64,000 bases of DNA from Acidobacteriota bacterium (GCA_040755995.1 JBFMAF010000032.1:355212-419211), one strand, 5' to 3'; counted from the first letter of the stretch, positions 1 to 9,793 are shown. The notes: generated by a model from the sequence alone, not told the origin. Made by a program: numbers and translations.

Positions 1-776
1 AGACTGAGGAATTCGTGAACAATCATCGTGTGATAACGGACGCGTTCCAGGTCTGTGCGCAGGTTCCTCGATGTCTCGATTCCGAATGCGGGGATGCCGC
101 CGTAGGCGGCCGCATAGTAGGTCGCGGACTTGCGCTGCTCCGGGTGGCGTGTCGATGGCTCGAAGGTCTCATGGTCCCAGAAGTGGAAGCACTCGTCCTC
201 GCGGTCGATCTGGCCGTTGATCCAGTCGAGTACTCGTTCGGCGTGGACTCGCAGCGGTACGTTCGAGCCGTATTTCCACGAGTAGAGCTCGCCGCAGTCG
301 GCGATCACGGACTGTCCGTAACGGGCCGGGTTTCGGAGGTCGTCCTTGTAGACCGGGGAGTAGAACCCCCAGGCATCGTGAAGATTCAGCAGCAGGTCCG
401 CGTCTGCGATGTATGACTTGACGATGGCCACGATCTCGGCGTCGACGCCGTTGGCCGGCTCCGCTGGATCGAACATACGGTTCATGTCGTCGCCGACGCC
501 GCGCAGGTTCGCGAAGATGGCGCGGCCGTTCACGTGCGGTATGACCACGAGCCTCCCGCGAGCCACCGGCAGCCTCGTGAGCGCCTCGGCCGCCCTCACG
601 GCGCCAGTCTCATTACCGTGTATGCCGCCCAGGACCAGCGCCGTCCGCCCCGGCAGCTCCCCGTTGCACACGTACACATCCAATCGATGATTGGTGTTCG
701 CGAAGTATGTGATCATCGCGTCCACCGGACAGCCAGCGGCGGTGACGAGCGCTACCAGGAAAAAGATGCGTCTCAC
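1..776 (-). CDS. M99/M14-type zinc carboxypeptidase, Csd4/Pgp1-like (3' end runs off the window)
   Basis: Not in the ORF track. Manual translation from GTG at 776 (GTGA overlap with the upstream stop) gives a signal-like MRRIFFLVALVTAAGC, then GGIHGNE, DMNRMF, LNLHDAWGFY, NPARYGQSVIAD, KSATYY, PAFGIETSRNL. No stop before position 1. Confidence 0.85.
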   Translation of the reverse strand, partial: MRRIFFLVALVTAAGCPVDAMITYFANTNHRLDVYVCNGELPGRTALVLGGIHGNETGAVRAAEALTRLPVARGRLVVIPHVNGRAIFANLRGVGDDMNRMFDPAEPANGVDAEIVAIVKSYIADADLLLNLHDAWGFYSPVYKDDLRNPARYGQSVIADCGELYSWKYGSNVPLRVHAERVLDWINGQIDREDECFHFWDHETFEPSTRHPEQRKSATYYAAAYGGIPAFGIETSRNLRTDLERVRYHTMIVHEFLS

Positions 777-2269
777 CTGATCTCCACGGGCGGTTCCACA
801 TCCACCTTCAGCTTGCCCTCGCGGTCGAACGCGACCACGCGTATTTTCGACGGCGCCGACGGCGCCTCGAACTCGACCTGCACTAGCCTATACCGGGCAA
901 TCCGAAACGAATCGCCGCGCCTGAAATCGACGCGCGCATCGAACTGCTCGGTGGCCATGGCCGGATGCACAATCACGTCTTTGCCGTCGACGTCCCGCCG
1001 CGCCACGAACAGGTATCCTAGCCGCTCGCTGCCCGCCGGCCCCGCATTCGCCAGGCGAAATCTGACCCGGTATCGATTTCGTCCCAGCCCCTCGACTGTG
1101 AACTGATCTACCAGCAGATCTGCGGTCCCCTGCTGCGCTGGGGCCGAGGGCTCTCCAGGAGTCTCTTCTACGACGTCGGCGGTGGGCTGCTCCGTGTCCG
1201 GTGAGCCGCCGGGGGCCTCGGCGGTGCTCTGCGACGGCGCCGCGGCGGTCTGGGCTTGCGGCGGGACCGGCGCAGGCGTAGCCTCCTGTTCCGCCTCCAC
1301 CCGTGGAGGCTCGTTTCTGGCGGTTCTGGACCAAACGGCGGCCAGTGCTGCGGGGTAGAAGCGCCAGACGAGGGCTGCGCCGAGGGCGGCGAAGAGCAGG
1401 ATGATTGCCGCCCAGCGCAGCCTTGCCAACCGGAGGCGACGTCGAGCGAGACTGCTGACTTCGAGAGCTTCCTGCGCCAGAAACTCCTCGGCCTCATGCC
1501 CGGCGGAGTCGGGGACCGCGGGGTGTTCGAGGGCCGGCGGCGGGGGAGCCGCCGGAGCGGTCTCGGCGTGAATAGCCTCCTCAGCAAGGATGAGCATGCG
1601 TAGCGTGCGGAGGCCGTGGAGCATGCGGAGCAGCTCCAGATCCTCCATGAGCCCCAGTCCTATCAGCTTCTTGACTGTGTATCTCCCATTCAGCAGCGGG
1701 AGGATCTCCTTCTCTTTCGGCAGGAAGTCCAGCGCCTTCCCGAGCTCGTGATCCATGGAGAAGCAGACGTAGCTCTGCGGTCGCAGCTGGGTCAAGAGTG
1801 TCGACGCGCTGCCGATGCGCCGCGCAGCCTCCATGATGATATTCGGCGTCTGGAAGTTGAGTCGCAGGACCTCGCGCGCTCCCAGTGGTCTAGCGGCGAA
1901 GCTGTAGTTGAAGTCCTCTTCCAGCTTGAACAGGCTGTAGATGATGCGGGTGGCCTGGAACCGTATCCCCCAATAAAGGTCCTCGGCGGACAGCAGTCCC
2001 ATCCACACGAGCACGGTGCCGAGGGCGCCGCCTTCCTTGTGCCGTGTCTTCTCGGCCTCGAGCAGGTCATCAGGGGTGATTTTCTCCGTGTCGACTAGGA
2101 TGTTGCCCAGGCTGTCCTGTTCGAGGTTCGAGACGGCGAAGATGATTCGGCCCTGTTCGAAAAAGACACGTTTCTCGAACTTGGGTCCCTTGACCATCAG
2201 CTCTCCGGTCCTCTTCTCGAGGTAGAGGCGGCTGATTTCCCCGAGTAGTGCTAGCTCTTTGCCTTCCAT
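773..2269 (-). CDS. DUF4388/PatA-N-like domain membrane protein with extracytoplasmic C-terminal domain
   Basis: N-terminal KRTGELMV..RVFFEQGRIIFAVSN..SLGNILV pattern, one TM helix (WAAIILLFAALGAALVW), Pro/Ala linker. Start could alternatively be 2305. Confidence 0.7.
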   Translation of the reverse strand: MEGKELALLGEISRLYLEKRTGELMVKGPKFEKRVFFEQGRIIFAVSNLEQDSLGNILVDTEKITPDDLLEAEKTRHKEGGALGTVLVWMGLLSAEDLYWGIRFQATRIIYSLFKLEEDFNYSFAARPLGAREVLRLNFQTPNIIMEAARRIGSASTLLTQLRPQSYVCFSMDHELGKALDFLPKEKEILPLLNGRYTVKKLIGLGLMEDLELLRMLHGLRTLRMLILAEEAIHAETAPAAPPPPALEHPAVPDSAGHEAEEFLAQEALEVSSLARRRLRLARLRWAAIILLFAALGAALVWRFYPAALAAVWSRTARNEPPRVEAEQEATPAPVPPQAQTAAAPSQSTAEAPGGSPDTEQPTADVVEETPGEPSAPAQQGTADLLVDQFTVEGLGRNRYRVRFRLANAGPAGSERLGYLFVARRDVDGKDVIVHPAMATEQFDARVDFRRGDSFRIARYRLVQVEFEAPSAPSKIRVVAFDREGKLKVDVEPPVEIR

Positions 2270-3846
2270 GACAGACTGGCCGTGGCCTCGCCCGAGGCGG
2301 GCCACCGAAGTTGATTGAGTGGGTAGTCCTTGATAAGGAGAGGCTTGCCCGATCGATCGTAGACGCAGATCTTTATCGTCCCTCCGGAAGTCCGCAGTTC
2401 CTCGGGCACGTCGAACAGCGCCCTGACCACTTTGAATCGTTGAACCGAGAAGTACTCGCCTTTCACAGCCAGGTCGGCTGTTGAGATTCCCCGGGTCCCC
2501 TGTTGGATCGGCGGGTAGTACAGCCTGCGGACGTCCTCCCCCTCACGAAGATTCATGATGACGCCGAGCCGGCCGGTGACGCGAGTGATCCCCGGTCTTG
2601 TGTTTCGCAGCTCGAAATTCACCTCCACCATTCCGGCAGCGCCCGAGGCGGATTGCAGGCTCTGCACGCTGACGACGCGGGTGTCGGTGCCCAGGAGGGT
2701 GATGGCGGGTCTCGTGGTCTCGGTTGTCTTCTGCAACGAGACGGGTAGGGGCTGAGTTTCTCCTGGCACGGGTTTGGGAGGCGCCGAGGCCGTCGAGGTC
2801 GCGGCTTGCTGATCCGCTGGCTTGGAGGTCGTGGCCGCGGTCAGGACTGCCGGCGGCCCCGGTGTGGTCGCTCGAGCTCTGGCGAGCACAGAAGGATAGC
2901 CCCGGTAAGAGCTCAGGGACTCGGATTCCTCGCCCACGATCTTCCATCCGGAATCGGCGCGGAGGAGGTGCATCGTCTTGAATGAGCTGCGGCTCGTCAG
3001 AGAGGAGCTGTAATCCTGGAAGAAGTGCGCCACGGCCTGATTCCCGAGGCGGTAGACCTGCATGTCGCCTAGCCCCACACGTATCCCGCTGGATCGAGCG
3101 AAGACCGACCGCTTGTGCGCGATGAACTGCGGCAGATTCATGCCGCCGCCGCGAAACCGGCGGTCGTAGAACGCAAGGTACCGGTCGACGTCACCGCGAT
3201 TCCAGGCGGTGACCCACTGATTCACCATGTTTTCTATGCTCGATCGGACCGTGGCGACCTCCTCCTCCGGCACCATCCGGATCGTGCGCCCGACCACGAT
3301 CGGCGTGTACGAGAGAACTATAGATCGCTTCAGTTCGAGCAAGTGCTCGTTGCGTACGACGACACAGCCGCGCGTAGTGTATGGTTCCTGCACGCGGTCC
3401 GGGTCGTCCGTGGCATGCAGCCATATGCCGTCTCCGTCGTTGCCTTCCAGCAGATCGACGATGTTGGGGTAGTCCATCACGATGGCGCCGACACCGTACT
3501 CGCCGGGCAGACGCGAGCCGTCAATGAACTTGGTGAAGAAGTATATGCCCTCGGGAGTTCTTTCGTCTCCTTCGCGGCGCTTGTCGCCGATTCCCTTGCC
3601 TGTCGTGGCCTGGTATGACTTCACGAGCACGGGTCTACCGCGGTCGGAACGCCAGAGACTCAGGCGGTGATTATCCTTTTCCACCACGATGGCACTCGCG
3701 CCGTTTTCCATCCGCACGAGCACCTCGGGAACTGAAGCGTGCCCCGCGACCGGAGCGACAGAGAGAAGAACCGGCAAGCCGACCGCAAGAGAGCCGCGAA
3801 TTCCTGCTCTCGCTGATCGACAGACCCCGACTTCCGGTGCCACCAT
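2251..3846 (-). CDS. L,D-transpeptidase/carboxypeptidase (YkuD domain plus NTF2-like domain), Csd6/Pgp2-like
   Basis: GDKRREGDERTPEGIY, GIWLH...TTRGCVV catalytic motif, then WVTAWNRGDVDRYLAFY...FFQDY...WKIVGEE. Confidence 0.85.
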   Translation of the reverse strand: MVAPEVGVCRSARAGIRGSLAVGLPVLLSVAPVAGHASVPEVLVRMENGASAIVVEKDNHRLSLWRSDRGRPVLVKSYQATTGKGIGDKRREGDERTPEGIYFFTKFIDGSRLPGEYGVGAIVMDYPNIVDLLEGNDGDGIWLHATDDPDRVQEPYTTRGCVVVRNEHLLELKRSIVLSYTPIVVGRTIRMVPEEEVATVRSSIENMVNQWVTAWNRGDVDRYLAFYDRRFRGGGMNLPQFIAHKRSVFARSSGIRVGLGDMQVYRLGNQAVAHFFQDYSSSLTSRSSFKTMHLLRADSGWKIVGEESESLSSYRGYPSVLARARATTPGPPAVLTAATTSKPADQQAATSTASAPPKPVPGETQPLPVSLQKTTETTRPAITLLGTDTRVVSVQSLQSASGAAGMVEVNFELRNTRPGITRVTGRLGVIMNLREGEDVRRLYYPPIQQGTRGISTADLAVKGEYFSVQRFKVVRALFDVPEELRTSGGTIKICVYDRSGKPLLIKDYPLNQLRWPASGEATASLSWKAKS

Positions 3847-4034
3847 TGAGCGAATTGTACCCTAACTCTTAGAGAATGTGAAGAAAAATGGCTCCTTCGC
3901 AACATTCGCCCCTGGAACAGCCTCCGCTGCCAGCCCGGAGCCAGCTGCCCAGCTTTCCCCTGGCAGCGTCGACGGCCTCAGTCTCGAACGGATGCTTGAG
4001 ACGGCGCTGAGCGCCCCGCCGCCTCGCAGGAAGG

Positions 4035-4073
4035 TGTTGAGTTTTCTAAACTGGTGGTTTAGAATTCTCAACA
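4035..4073. promoter_or_regulatory. Inverted repeat over the -10 box and start codon of the AAA ATPase gene (operator-like)
   Basis: TGTTGAGTTTTCTAAAC-n5-GTTTAGAATTCTCAACA, 15/17 complementary; contains TAGAAT 7 nt before the ATG. Confidence 0.55.
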
Positions 4074-5233
4074 TGAGATACCACGATAGAGCGCTGAGCA
4101 CGGAGATCCTCAAGGCAGCCAGGCATTTCCCGGCGCTGATAGTCACGGGGCCGCGCCGTTCGGGGAAGACAACGCTGCTGAGAAAGACGTTCCCACAGGC
4201 AACCCACGTATTGCTGGAGGACCCAGATGTGGTTGCCAGGGTCAGGGCCGATCCACGAGGCTTCCTGGATGCAATCCGCACGCCGGCTCTCCTGGACGAG
4301 ATGCAGAACACCCCGGAGCTGTTCAACTACATCCGGACCCGAATCGATCGGACGCCGGAACAGCGCGGGCAATGGATCCTGACGGGATCGCAGGAGGCGC
4401 CGCTGATGCGTGGGGTGACCGAGTCCATGGCGGGCCGGGCGGCGATCTACCAACTGCTCCCGTTTTCTGCGGCGGAGACGCCGAAAGTGTCGATTCTTCG
4501 TGGCGGCTTCCCCGAAGTAGTGGCCATGCCCTCCGCGGCAGACGTCTGGTTCCGGTCCTACGTGCAAACGTACCTCGAGCGTGACGTGCGAGCCGTGAGC
4601 GCCATCAGGGACCTGTCGACCTTCCGGCGATTCACAGCTCTACTGGCCAGCCGGTGCGGGCAGATCCTGAACAAGACCGACCTCGCTGCGCCTCTCGGTG
4701 TCTCCGTGCCGACGCTGACGCAGTGGCTCAGCATCCTAGAGATCACAGGCCAGATCCTCATCGTTCCGCCGTTCTATGAGAACTTCGGCAAGCGGCTGAT
4801 CAAATCGCCGAAGCTCTACTTCGTGGACACCGGCCTCGCCTGCCACCTGCTGAACATCCGGGATGAGGAGTCGCTCCGCGGCTCACCGTTCCTCGGCGCC
4901 CTGTTCGAATGCGCCGTTGCGTCCGAGATCGTCAAGCACCGCCTCTGCCGAGGGCTCGACCGCGCACTCTACTTCTTCCGTGATCAGCAGGGGCTCGAGG
5001 TGGACTTCGTCGTCGACCTCGGAAACAAGCGCCTGGCGCTGATAGAGCCCAAGGCCACGCGCACGCCGATGCCGGCGATGGCGAAATCCCTGCTCAGCCT
5101 TGCCTCGGTCATCGGTAACCACAAGACCACGCCACTTGTCGTCCACGATGCGGGTCCCCAGGAAGGATCCCGGATGGCCCTGGCCCCGGGCATCGAGGCC
5201 GTCGGATGGAGGCAGCTCGCCGGGGCGCTGTAG
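4073..5233 (+). CDS. AAA_14 / DUF4143 family ATP-binding protein
   Basis: Walker A GPRRSGKTT, LLDEMQ, LTGSQ, ESMAGR, GGFPE, YLERDV, KSPKLYFVDTGL, EVDFV. Confidence 0.9.
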   Translation: MRYHDRALSTEILKAARHFPALIVTGPRRSGKTTLLRKTFPQATHVLLEDPDVVARVRADPRGFLDAIRTPALLDEMQNTPELFNYIRTRIDRTPEQRGQWILTGSQEAPLMRGVTESMAGRAAIYQLLPFSAAETPKVSILRGGFPEVVAMPSAADVWFRSYVQTYLERDVRAVSAIRDLSTFRRFTALLASRCGQILNKTDLAAPLGVSVPTLTQWLSILEITGQILIVPPFYENFGKRLIKSPKLYFVDTGLACHLLNIRDEESLRGSPFLGALFECAVASEIVKHRLCRGLDRALYFFRDQQGLEVDFVVDLGNKRLALIEPKATRTPMPAMAKSLLSLASVIGNHKTTPLVVHDAGPQEGSRMALAPGIEAVGWRQLAGAL

Positions 5234-5538
5234 CCCGGAGGGGACCGGCGATCGCGGGCTCGCCCTGGGCGTCAGCCCCGGGTGGCGATGTGCGCGAGAT
5301 CGGCACGCCCCGGAGGGACGGCACAACCGGGCAGTTGCTGATCGGTTTCCAGCGGCCTCCGGTTGATGATACACTTCCGCCCCGGCGGGACTTGGACCCC
5401 CGCCCGCACGAACGATCATGGTGTGTGGATATCCATCATTCATAGAGACCCCACCGACCGACTGCGCCGGCGGCTTCGTGTCCGATTCCGCCGCCGGGCC
5501 GTGCGCTCGACGGGCGGCGGTCATGAAAGGAGGATGAG

Positions 5539-6666
5539 ATGAGGTTCGGCATTCCGAAAGAGGCGCCGATCGGGCCTCAGTACGAGGAAAAGCGCGTCGC
5601 GCTGTCTCCTGCGGGAGTGAGAGACCTGGTTGACATGGGCGCGCAGGTTGTGGTCGAGAGCGGCGCGGGCGCCCAGGCAGGCTTTGCGGACGACCTTTAC
5701 CGGACGATGGGCGCTCATGTGGTGTACTCGCACGAAGAGGTTTTCGGCCGCGCCGAGACGGTGGTGAAGATCGGCCGGCCGACGTTGCAGGAGCTGGCCT
5801 TGCTGTCTCCGGATTCCAGCGTAGTTGCCGCCTGGCACCTGGCGATCAGGGGCGAACAATCCCTGTCGGAGCTCCTTTCGCGAAGGATCACTGCACTCGG
5901 ACTCGAGGTGATCCAGGATGATGACGGAACGCTGCCCATCGTGCAGGCCTCTTCCGAGATCGCAGGGAAGATGGCCCCTCAGATCGCAGGGCGTCTCCTG
6001 GAGACTACCTCCGGCGGGCACGGGATCCTGCTGGGCGGCGGCCCCGGTATTCCTCCGGCCGATGTCGTGATCATCGGTGCCGGCACTCTGGGGTACCATG
6101 CGGCGCGGAGCTTCATCGGGCTCGGGTGCATGGTCTATGTGCTCGATATCTCGCGTCGGAAGCTCGAAATGATCGATCGGGCCTTCAACTCGCGCGCCGT
6201 GACCGCGTACGCCACCCACGAGAACCTCGACAAGTGCGCGAAGTTCGCCGAGGTGCTGATCGGGGCGGTGCTTGTGCCCGGCCAGATGGCCCCGATCGTG
6301 GTTACGAGGCAGCAGGTGCAGAAGATGCGGCCGGGGAGCGTGATTCTGGACTTCGCGTACGACCATGGAGGCTGCGTCGAGACGACCCGCCTGCAGGGCC
6401 CCACCCCCGGCGGCGTGTTCGTACGCGAGGGTGTATTGCATTTCGCTGTACCCAATTGTCCGTCTTTCGTGGCGCGGACCGCAACGCACGCCCTCACATA
6501 TGCCCTGCTGCCATTCCTCGGAAACATGCAAGGCGGAGGCCTGAGAGGGGCCATGTCGAGCTCGCCCGGCCTGCGCCGTGGCTGCTACACGTACAGGGGC
6601 GAGATGGTCAGCCCCCACATCACCAAGACGCCGGCCGATCTGATGGCGCTGTTGCAGGAGGGATGA
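5539..6666 (+). CDS. ald: Alanine dehydrogenase
   Basis: MRFGIPKE..EKRVALSP, SEIAGKMA, GILLGG, IIGAGTLG, GAVLVPG, DHGGCVET, VPNCP; strong SD. Confidence 0.85.
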   Translation: MRFGIPKEAPIGPQYEEKRVALSPAGVRDLVDMGAQVVVESGAGAQAGFADDLYRTMGAHVVYSHEEVFGRAETVVKIGRPTLQELALLSPDSSVVAAWHLAIRGEQSLSELLSRRITALGLEVIQDDDGTLPIVQASSEIAGKMAPQIAGRLLETTSGGHGILLGGGPGIPPADVVIIGAGTLGYHAARSFIGLGCMVYVLDISRRKLEMIDRAFNSRAVTAYATHENLDKCAKFAEVLIGAVLVPGQMAPIVVTRQQVQKMRPGSVILDFAYDHGGCVETTRLQGPTPGGVFVREGVLHFAVPNCPSFVARTATHALTYALLPFLGNMQGGGLRGAMSSSPGLRRGCYTYRGEMVSPHITKTPADLMALLQEG

Positions 6667-6669
6667 GCG

Positions 6670-7968
6670 ATGTCCTGGATGGATGATTACAAGTCGAAGC
6701 TGTGCTCCGTCGAGGATGCGGCGGCGCTGGTGCGATCTCAGCAGTGGGTCTATATCAGCGGCAATGCTGCGACGCCGTTCCCGCTGTTGGAGGCGCTGGC
6801 GGCTCGCGCACCGAGGCTCAACAACGTCACCCTCTCGCACGTCCTGTTGCTGGGCGAAGACCCGCTGTCGAAGCCCGGCATGGAGAAGGCGTTCCACCAC
6901 AACTCGCTCTTCGTCGGCCCCGCCGACCGTGCCTCGGTCAACGACGGCCGGTCTTCGTACGTGCCGATCCACCTGCACATGATCCCGCGGGTCATCCGCA
7001 GCGGCGCATGCCGCGTCGATATCGCGATGATCCAGTGCTCTCCGCCCGACGACCACGGGTTCGTGAGTGTGGGAGTCGAGGTCATGTCGACCAAGGCGGC
7101 TGTGGAAATGGCCAAGGTCACTATCGCGCAGGTCAACGAGCGGATGCCGCGCGTGCACGGAGACTCGTTTGTTCACGTGAGCGCGATTGATCACTTCGTC
7201 GAGATCTCGCGCGAGCTGCCCGAGCTCGAGCCGAAGCCACCGAGCGACGTCGAGAAGAAGATCGGAGCTCTGATCGCCGACATGATTCCCGATGAAGCCA
7301 CGCTGCAGCTTGGGATCGGCGGCATCCCCGACGCAGTGCTCTCGCTGCTCAAGGGCAAGCGCGAGCTCGGGATTCATACCGAGATGATCAGCGACGGGCT
7401 GATGCGCGCGATGGAGCAGGGTATCATCACCGGCTCGAAGAAGACGCTTCATCCGGGCAAGGTGGTCGGCACCTTTATCCTGGGCAGCCGCAGCCTCTAC
7501 GACTTCGTCAACGACAATCCGTTGCTGGAGCTGCACCCGGTCGAGCACACGAACAACCCGTTCGTCGTCGCACAGAACGACAACCTGGTGGCGATCAACT
7601 CGGCACTCGAGGTGGACCTTACCGGCCAGGTCTGCTCGGATTCGATCGGTACGTACATCTACAGCGGTTTCGGCGGGCAGCTCGACTTCATCCGCGGCGC
7701 CGCCGCGAGCAAGAACGGCAAGCCGATCATCGCCCTGCCTGCGACCGCCAAGGGCGGCAAGCTGTCGCGGATTGTCGGGAAGCTCAAGGAAGGATCAGGT
7801 GTCGTCACCACCCGCGCCGACGTGCGCTTCGTCGTGACCGAATGGGGTGTGGCCGACCTGTGGGGGAAGAACCTGCAGGAGCGCGCAGAGGCCCTGATCA
7901 ACATCGCACACCCGGACTTCCACGACATGCTGGTGGCGGAAGCCAAGGAGAGACACCTGCTCCAGTAG
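6670..7968 (+). CDS. Acetyl-CoA hydrolase/transferase family (4-hydroxybutyrate CoA-transferase-like)
   Basis: TLQLGIGGIPDAV, GIHTEM, INSALEVDLTGQVCSDS, SGFGGQLDF, VVTEWGVA. Confidence 0.92.
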   Translation: MSWMDDYKSKLCSVEDAAALVRSQQWVYISGNAATPFPLLEALAARAPRLNNVTLSHVLLLGEDPLSKPGMEKAFHHNSLFVGPADRASVNDGRSSYVPIHLHMIPRVIRSGACRVDIAMIQCSPPDDHGFVSVGVEVMSTKAAVEMAKVTIAQVNERMPRVHGDSFVHVSAIDHFVEISRELPELEPKPPSDVEKKIGALIADMIPDEATLQLGIGGIPDAVLSLLKGKRELGIHTEMISDGLMRAMEQGIITGSKKTLHPGKVVGTFILGSRSLYDFVNDNPLLELHPVEHTNNPFVVAQNDNLVAINSALEVDLTGQVCSDSIGTYIYSGFGGQLDFIRGAAASKNGKPIIALPATAKGGKLSRIVGKLKEGSGVVTTRADVRFVVTEWGVADLWGKNLQERAEALINIAHPDFHDMLVAEAKERHLLQ

Positions 7969-7993
7969 ATTTCAGATTGCAGATTTCAGATTG
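7967..7993 (+). repeat. (AGATTTC/AGATTGC)n heptamer array
   Basis: agatttcagattgcagatttcagattg directly at the stop codon; its reverse complement occurs at 8899-8914. Confidence 0.8.
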
Positions 7994-8027
7994 GTGGCAT
8001 CCTCTGCGCTGAGGCGGGGAAGCCATG

Positions 8028-8115
8028 GAAATGCGGAATGCGGAGTGCGGAATGCGGAATAGGGCAGACCACCGGTCGGTGGCCAGTACCGCTCTGTGCG
8101 AAACCGCGGAAGGGG
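8028..8115 (+). repeat. Heptamer-IR element E1, left part (array plus first half of core)
   Basis: (GAATGCG)n then AGGGCAGACCACCG core start; breaks off at gcgaaaccgcggaagggg. Confidence 0.8.
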
Positions 8116-8206
8116 ACGTAGTATACTTGGTTGGGACCGAATTGCGGAGTTGTGCCGGTCAAGATTCTGCCTGGGGAGCTCCGACCGGCAGATGGAGGAG
8201 AGTGAG

Positions 8207-8458
8207 ATGGCGAAGGTGATCGCAAGCGAGGTCGAGATAGAACTGAGCGTCGGGCAGGTTGTCGACATCGTGCGTCAACTCAAGCCGGAGGATCAACAAG
8301 AAGTGCGGCGTGCCCTCGACGCGACGCAGGACCATCCTTTGGACGCTCTTCTGGAGACCGTGTGGGCACGCGTCGAACGGGAGCCGATTACGGAGGAGGA
8401 GGTCTGCGCAGAAGTCGAACGCATACGGACGAGCCGGCATGATTCGGGCCGTGATTGA
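8207..8458 (+). CDS. Putative antitoxin of PIN toxin
   Basis: 83-aa ORF with SD GGAGGAG, ITEEEVCAEVERIR tail, overlaps the PIN gene. Confidence 0.7.
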   Translation: MAKVIASEVEIELSVGQVVDIVRQLKPEDQQEVRRALDATQDHPLDALLETVWARVEREPITEEEVCAEVERIRTSRHDSGRD

Positions 8459-8891
8459 CACGAACCTGTTTGTCCGCGGTCTCCTCCGCGGGCCCGTCAC
8501 GCTCCCGTTGATCCAGGCATGGAAAGAAAGGCGTTTTCGACTGGTTTCGTCAGAAGCCCTCCTCGAAGAGCTTTTCGATGTCCTCGCGCGCCCGAGATTC
8601 ACGCGCTACTTCACTCGTGCGGAGGTGCGAGAACTGGGGCAGTTGATATACTCACGGGCAGAGATCGTCGAACCGCGACAACGGTTGCTCTTGTGCCGTG
8701 ACCCGAAGGACAACGTCTTTCTCGAGGTGGCGGCGACTGCGGGCGCTGACTACCTGGTGACCGGCGACGACGATCTGCGGGATGACACTGCTCTGAAGGA
8801 CCAGATGCTGTCTGACTACGGTGTCCGCATCGTATCCGTGCCGGACTTCCTTGCTGCATTGACGGCCGCGGAGAGGCAGCAGCAGGTGTGA
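8439..8891 (+). CDS. PIN-family toxin (PIN_3-like)
   Basis: MIRAVIDTN, CRDPKDNVFLEVA, ADYLVTGDDDL. Confidence 0.9.
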   Translation: MIRAVIDTNLFVRGLLRGPVTLPLIQAWKERRFRLVSSEALLEELFDVLARPRFTRYFTRAEVRELGQLIYSRAEIVEPRQRLLLCRDPKDNVFLEVAATAGADYLVTGDDDLRDDTALKDQMLSDYGVRIVSVPDFLAALTAAERQQQV

Positions 8892-8898
8892 AGGCGGG

Positions 8899-9000
8899 AT
8901 CTGCAATCTGAAATGGCGGAACCGCGGAAAAGGGTGCTCGGCCGCGGTCGATGGCGTTGGCAGACTCCGCATTCCACATCCCGAATTCCGCATTATGCGT
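8899..9000 (+). repeat. (AATCTGC)n array plus heptamer-IR element E1, right part
   Basis: atctgcaatctgaaat, then ggtgctcggccgcggtcg..ttggcaga (second half of the core, compare 11639-11669) and a degenerate (TTCCGCA)n array. Confidence 0.78.
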
Positions 9001-9025
9001 GCGGGCTGAACAGGTGCGCACCTGG

Positions 9026-9355
9026 TCAGACGGCGAGGTCGAGTGTGACTGCGAGTGCCTCGTCGAGCAGCGCGATCCTCGCGGTCGAGAGCGCCCCGAC
9101 GTAGTTCGTGAGCACCGACTTGGGCAGACTCACAAGCTCATCGCAGTGGATGTGGCTTTCGTGTTTCAGCCCCTCCTCGATACCCACAGGCAACTGAGTG
9201 CTGAGCCCCTGGCCCCTGGAATAGACGGGCGCGCAAACGACCGTCGAGAACCGTGAATCGATGAGCACCTGACGAGAGACGACCACGAATACCCTCTGTC
9301 TCCTGGGGTCCCGCGCCGAGGGGTGCTGCACCCGGTAAAGCTCGCCTCGCCTCAT
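9026..9355 (-). CDS. PemK/MazF-family toxin
   Basis: [46 protein letters not shown]. Confidence 0.9.
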   Translation of the reverse strand: MRRGELYRVQHPSARDPRRQRVFVVVSRQVLIDSRFSTVVCAPVYSRGQGLSTQLPVGIEEGLKHESHIHCDELVSLPKSVLTNYVGALSTARIALLDEALAVTLDLAV

Positions 9356-9591
9356 CCTAGATCCTGGTACTCCAGAACGTCGAGCGCCTCGGCGTTGAGA
9401 TCATCTGCGTTCGCGTTGAGAATCTCCAGATCCCTCGCGTCCCGTTCAGCCTTCGCCTTCCGCTCGATAAGCGTCCAGGCCGCTTTCTCGATGAACTCCG
9501 ACCGATTGACGCGACGGCCCGTGCGATCGATTGCGCGGAGAAGCTTTCGCGAAAGCGTGACCGATGTCTTGACTTTGGTAGTCTCATTCAT
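9352..9591 (-). CDS. RHH-type antitoxin (MazE-like)
   Basis: [38 protein letters not shown]; overlaps the toxin start. Confidence 0.85.
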   Translation of the reverse strand: MNETTKVKTSVTLSRKLLRAIDRTGRRVNRSEFIEKAAWTLIERKAKAERDARDLEILNANADDLNAEALDVLEYQDLG

Positions 9592-9608
9592 ACCACCAAT
9601 ATACCATA

Positions 9609-9793
9609 GAAATGCGGAATCCGGAATAGGGCAAGCTACCTGGCGGTGGCCAGAACGGCCTTGTGCGGTGCCACTCACAGAGGCGTCTGGCCGCGGCCGC
9701 TGTGGTGGCCGATTCCGCATTCCGCATTGTGCAAGCGTCGGCCACGACTGTATCCTGCCTGCTGGAGCCCTCAAGTTCGAACAGTGACGCCCA
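9609..9793 (+). repeat. Heptamer-IR element E2 (core 9628-9711 forward, plus tail)
   Basis: Inverted GAATGCG/TTCCGCA arrays around an 84-nt core; tail tgtgcaagcgtcggccacg..gaacagtgacgccc. Confidence 0.88.

Noticed and set aside
3878..4072. N-terminal extensions given by the ORF track (also 14314, 24346, 24834, 41618, 44227, 56911)
   Set aside because: Family similarity and SD or -10 positions support the downstream starts.
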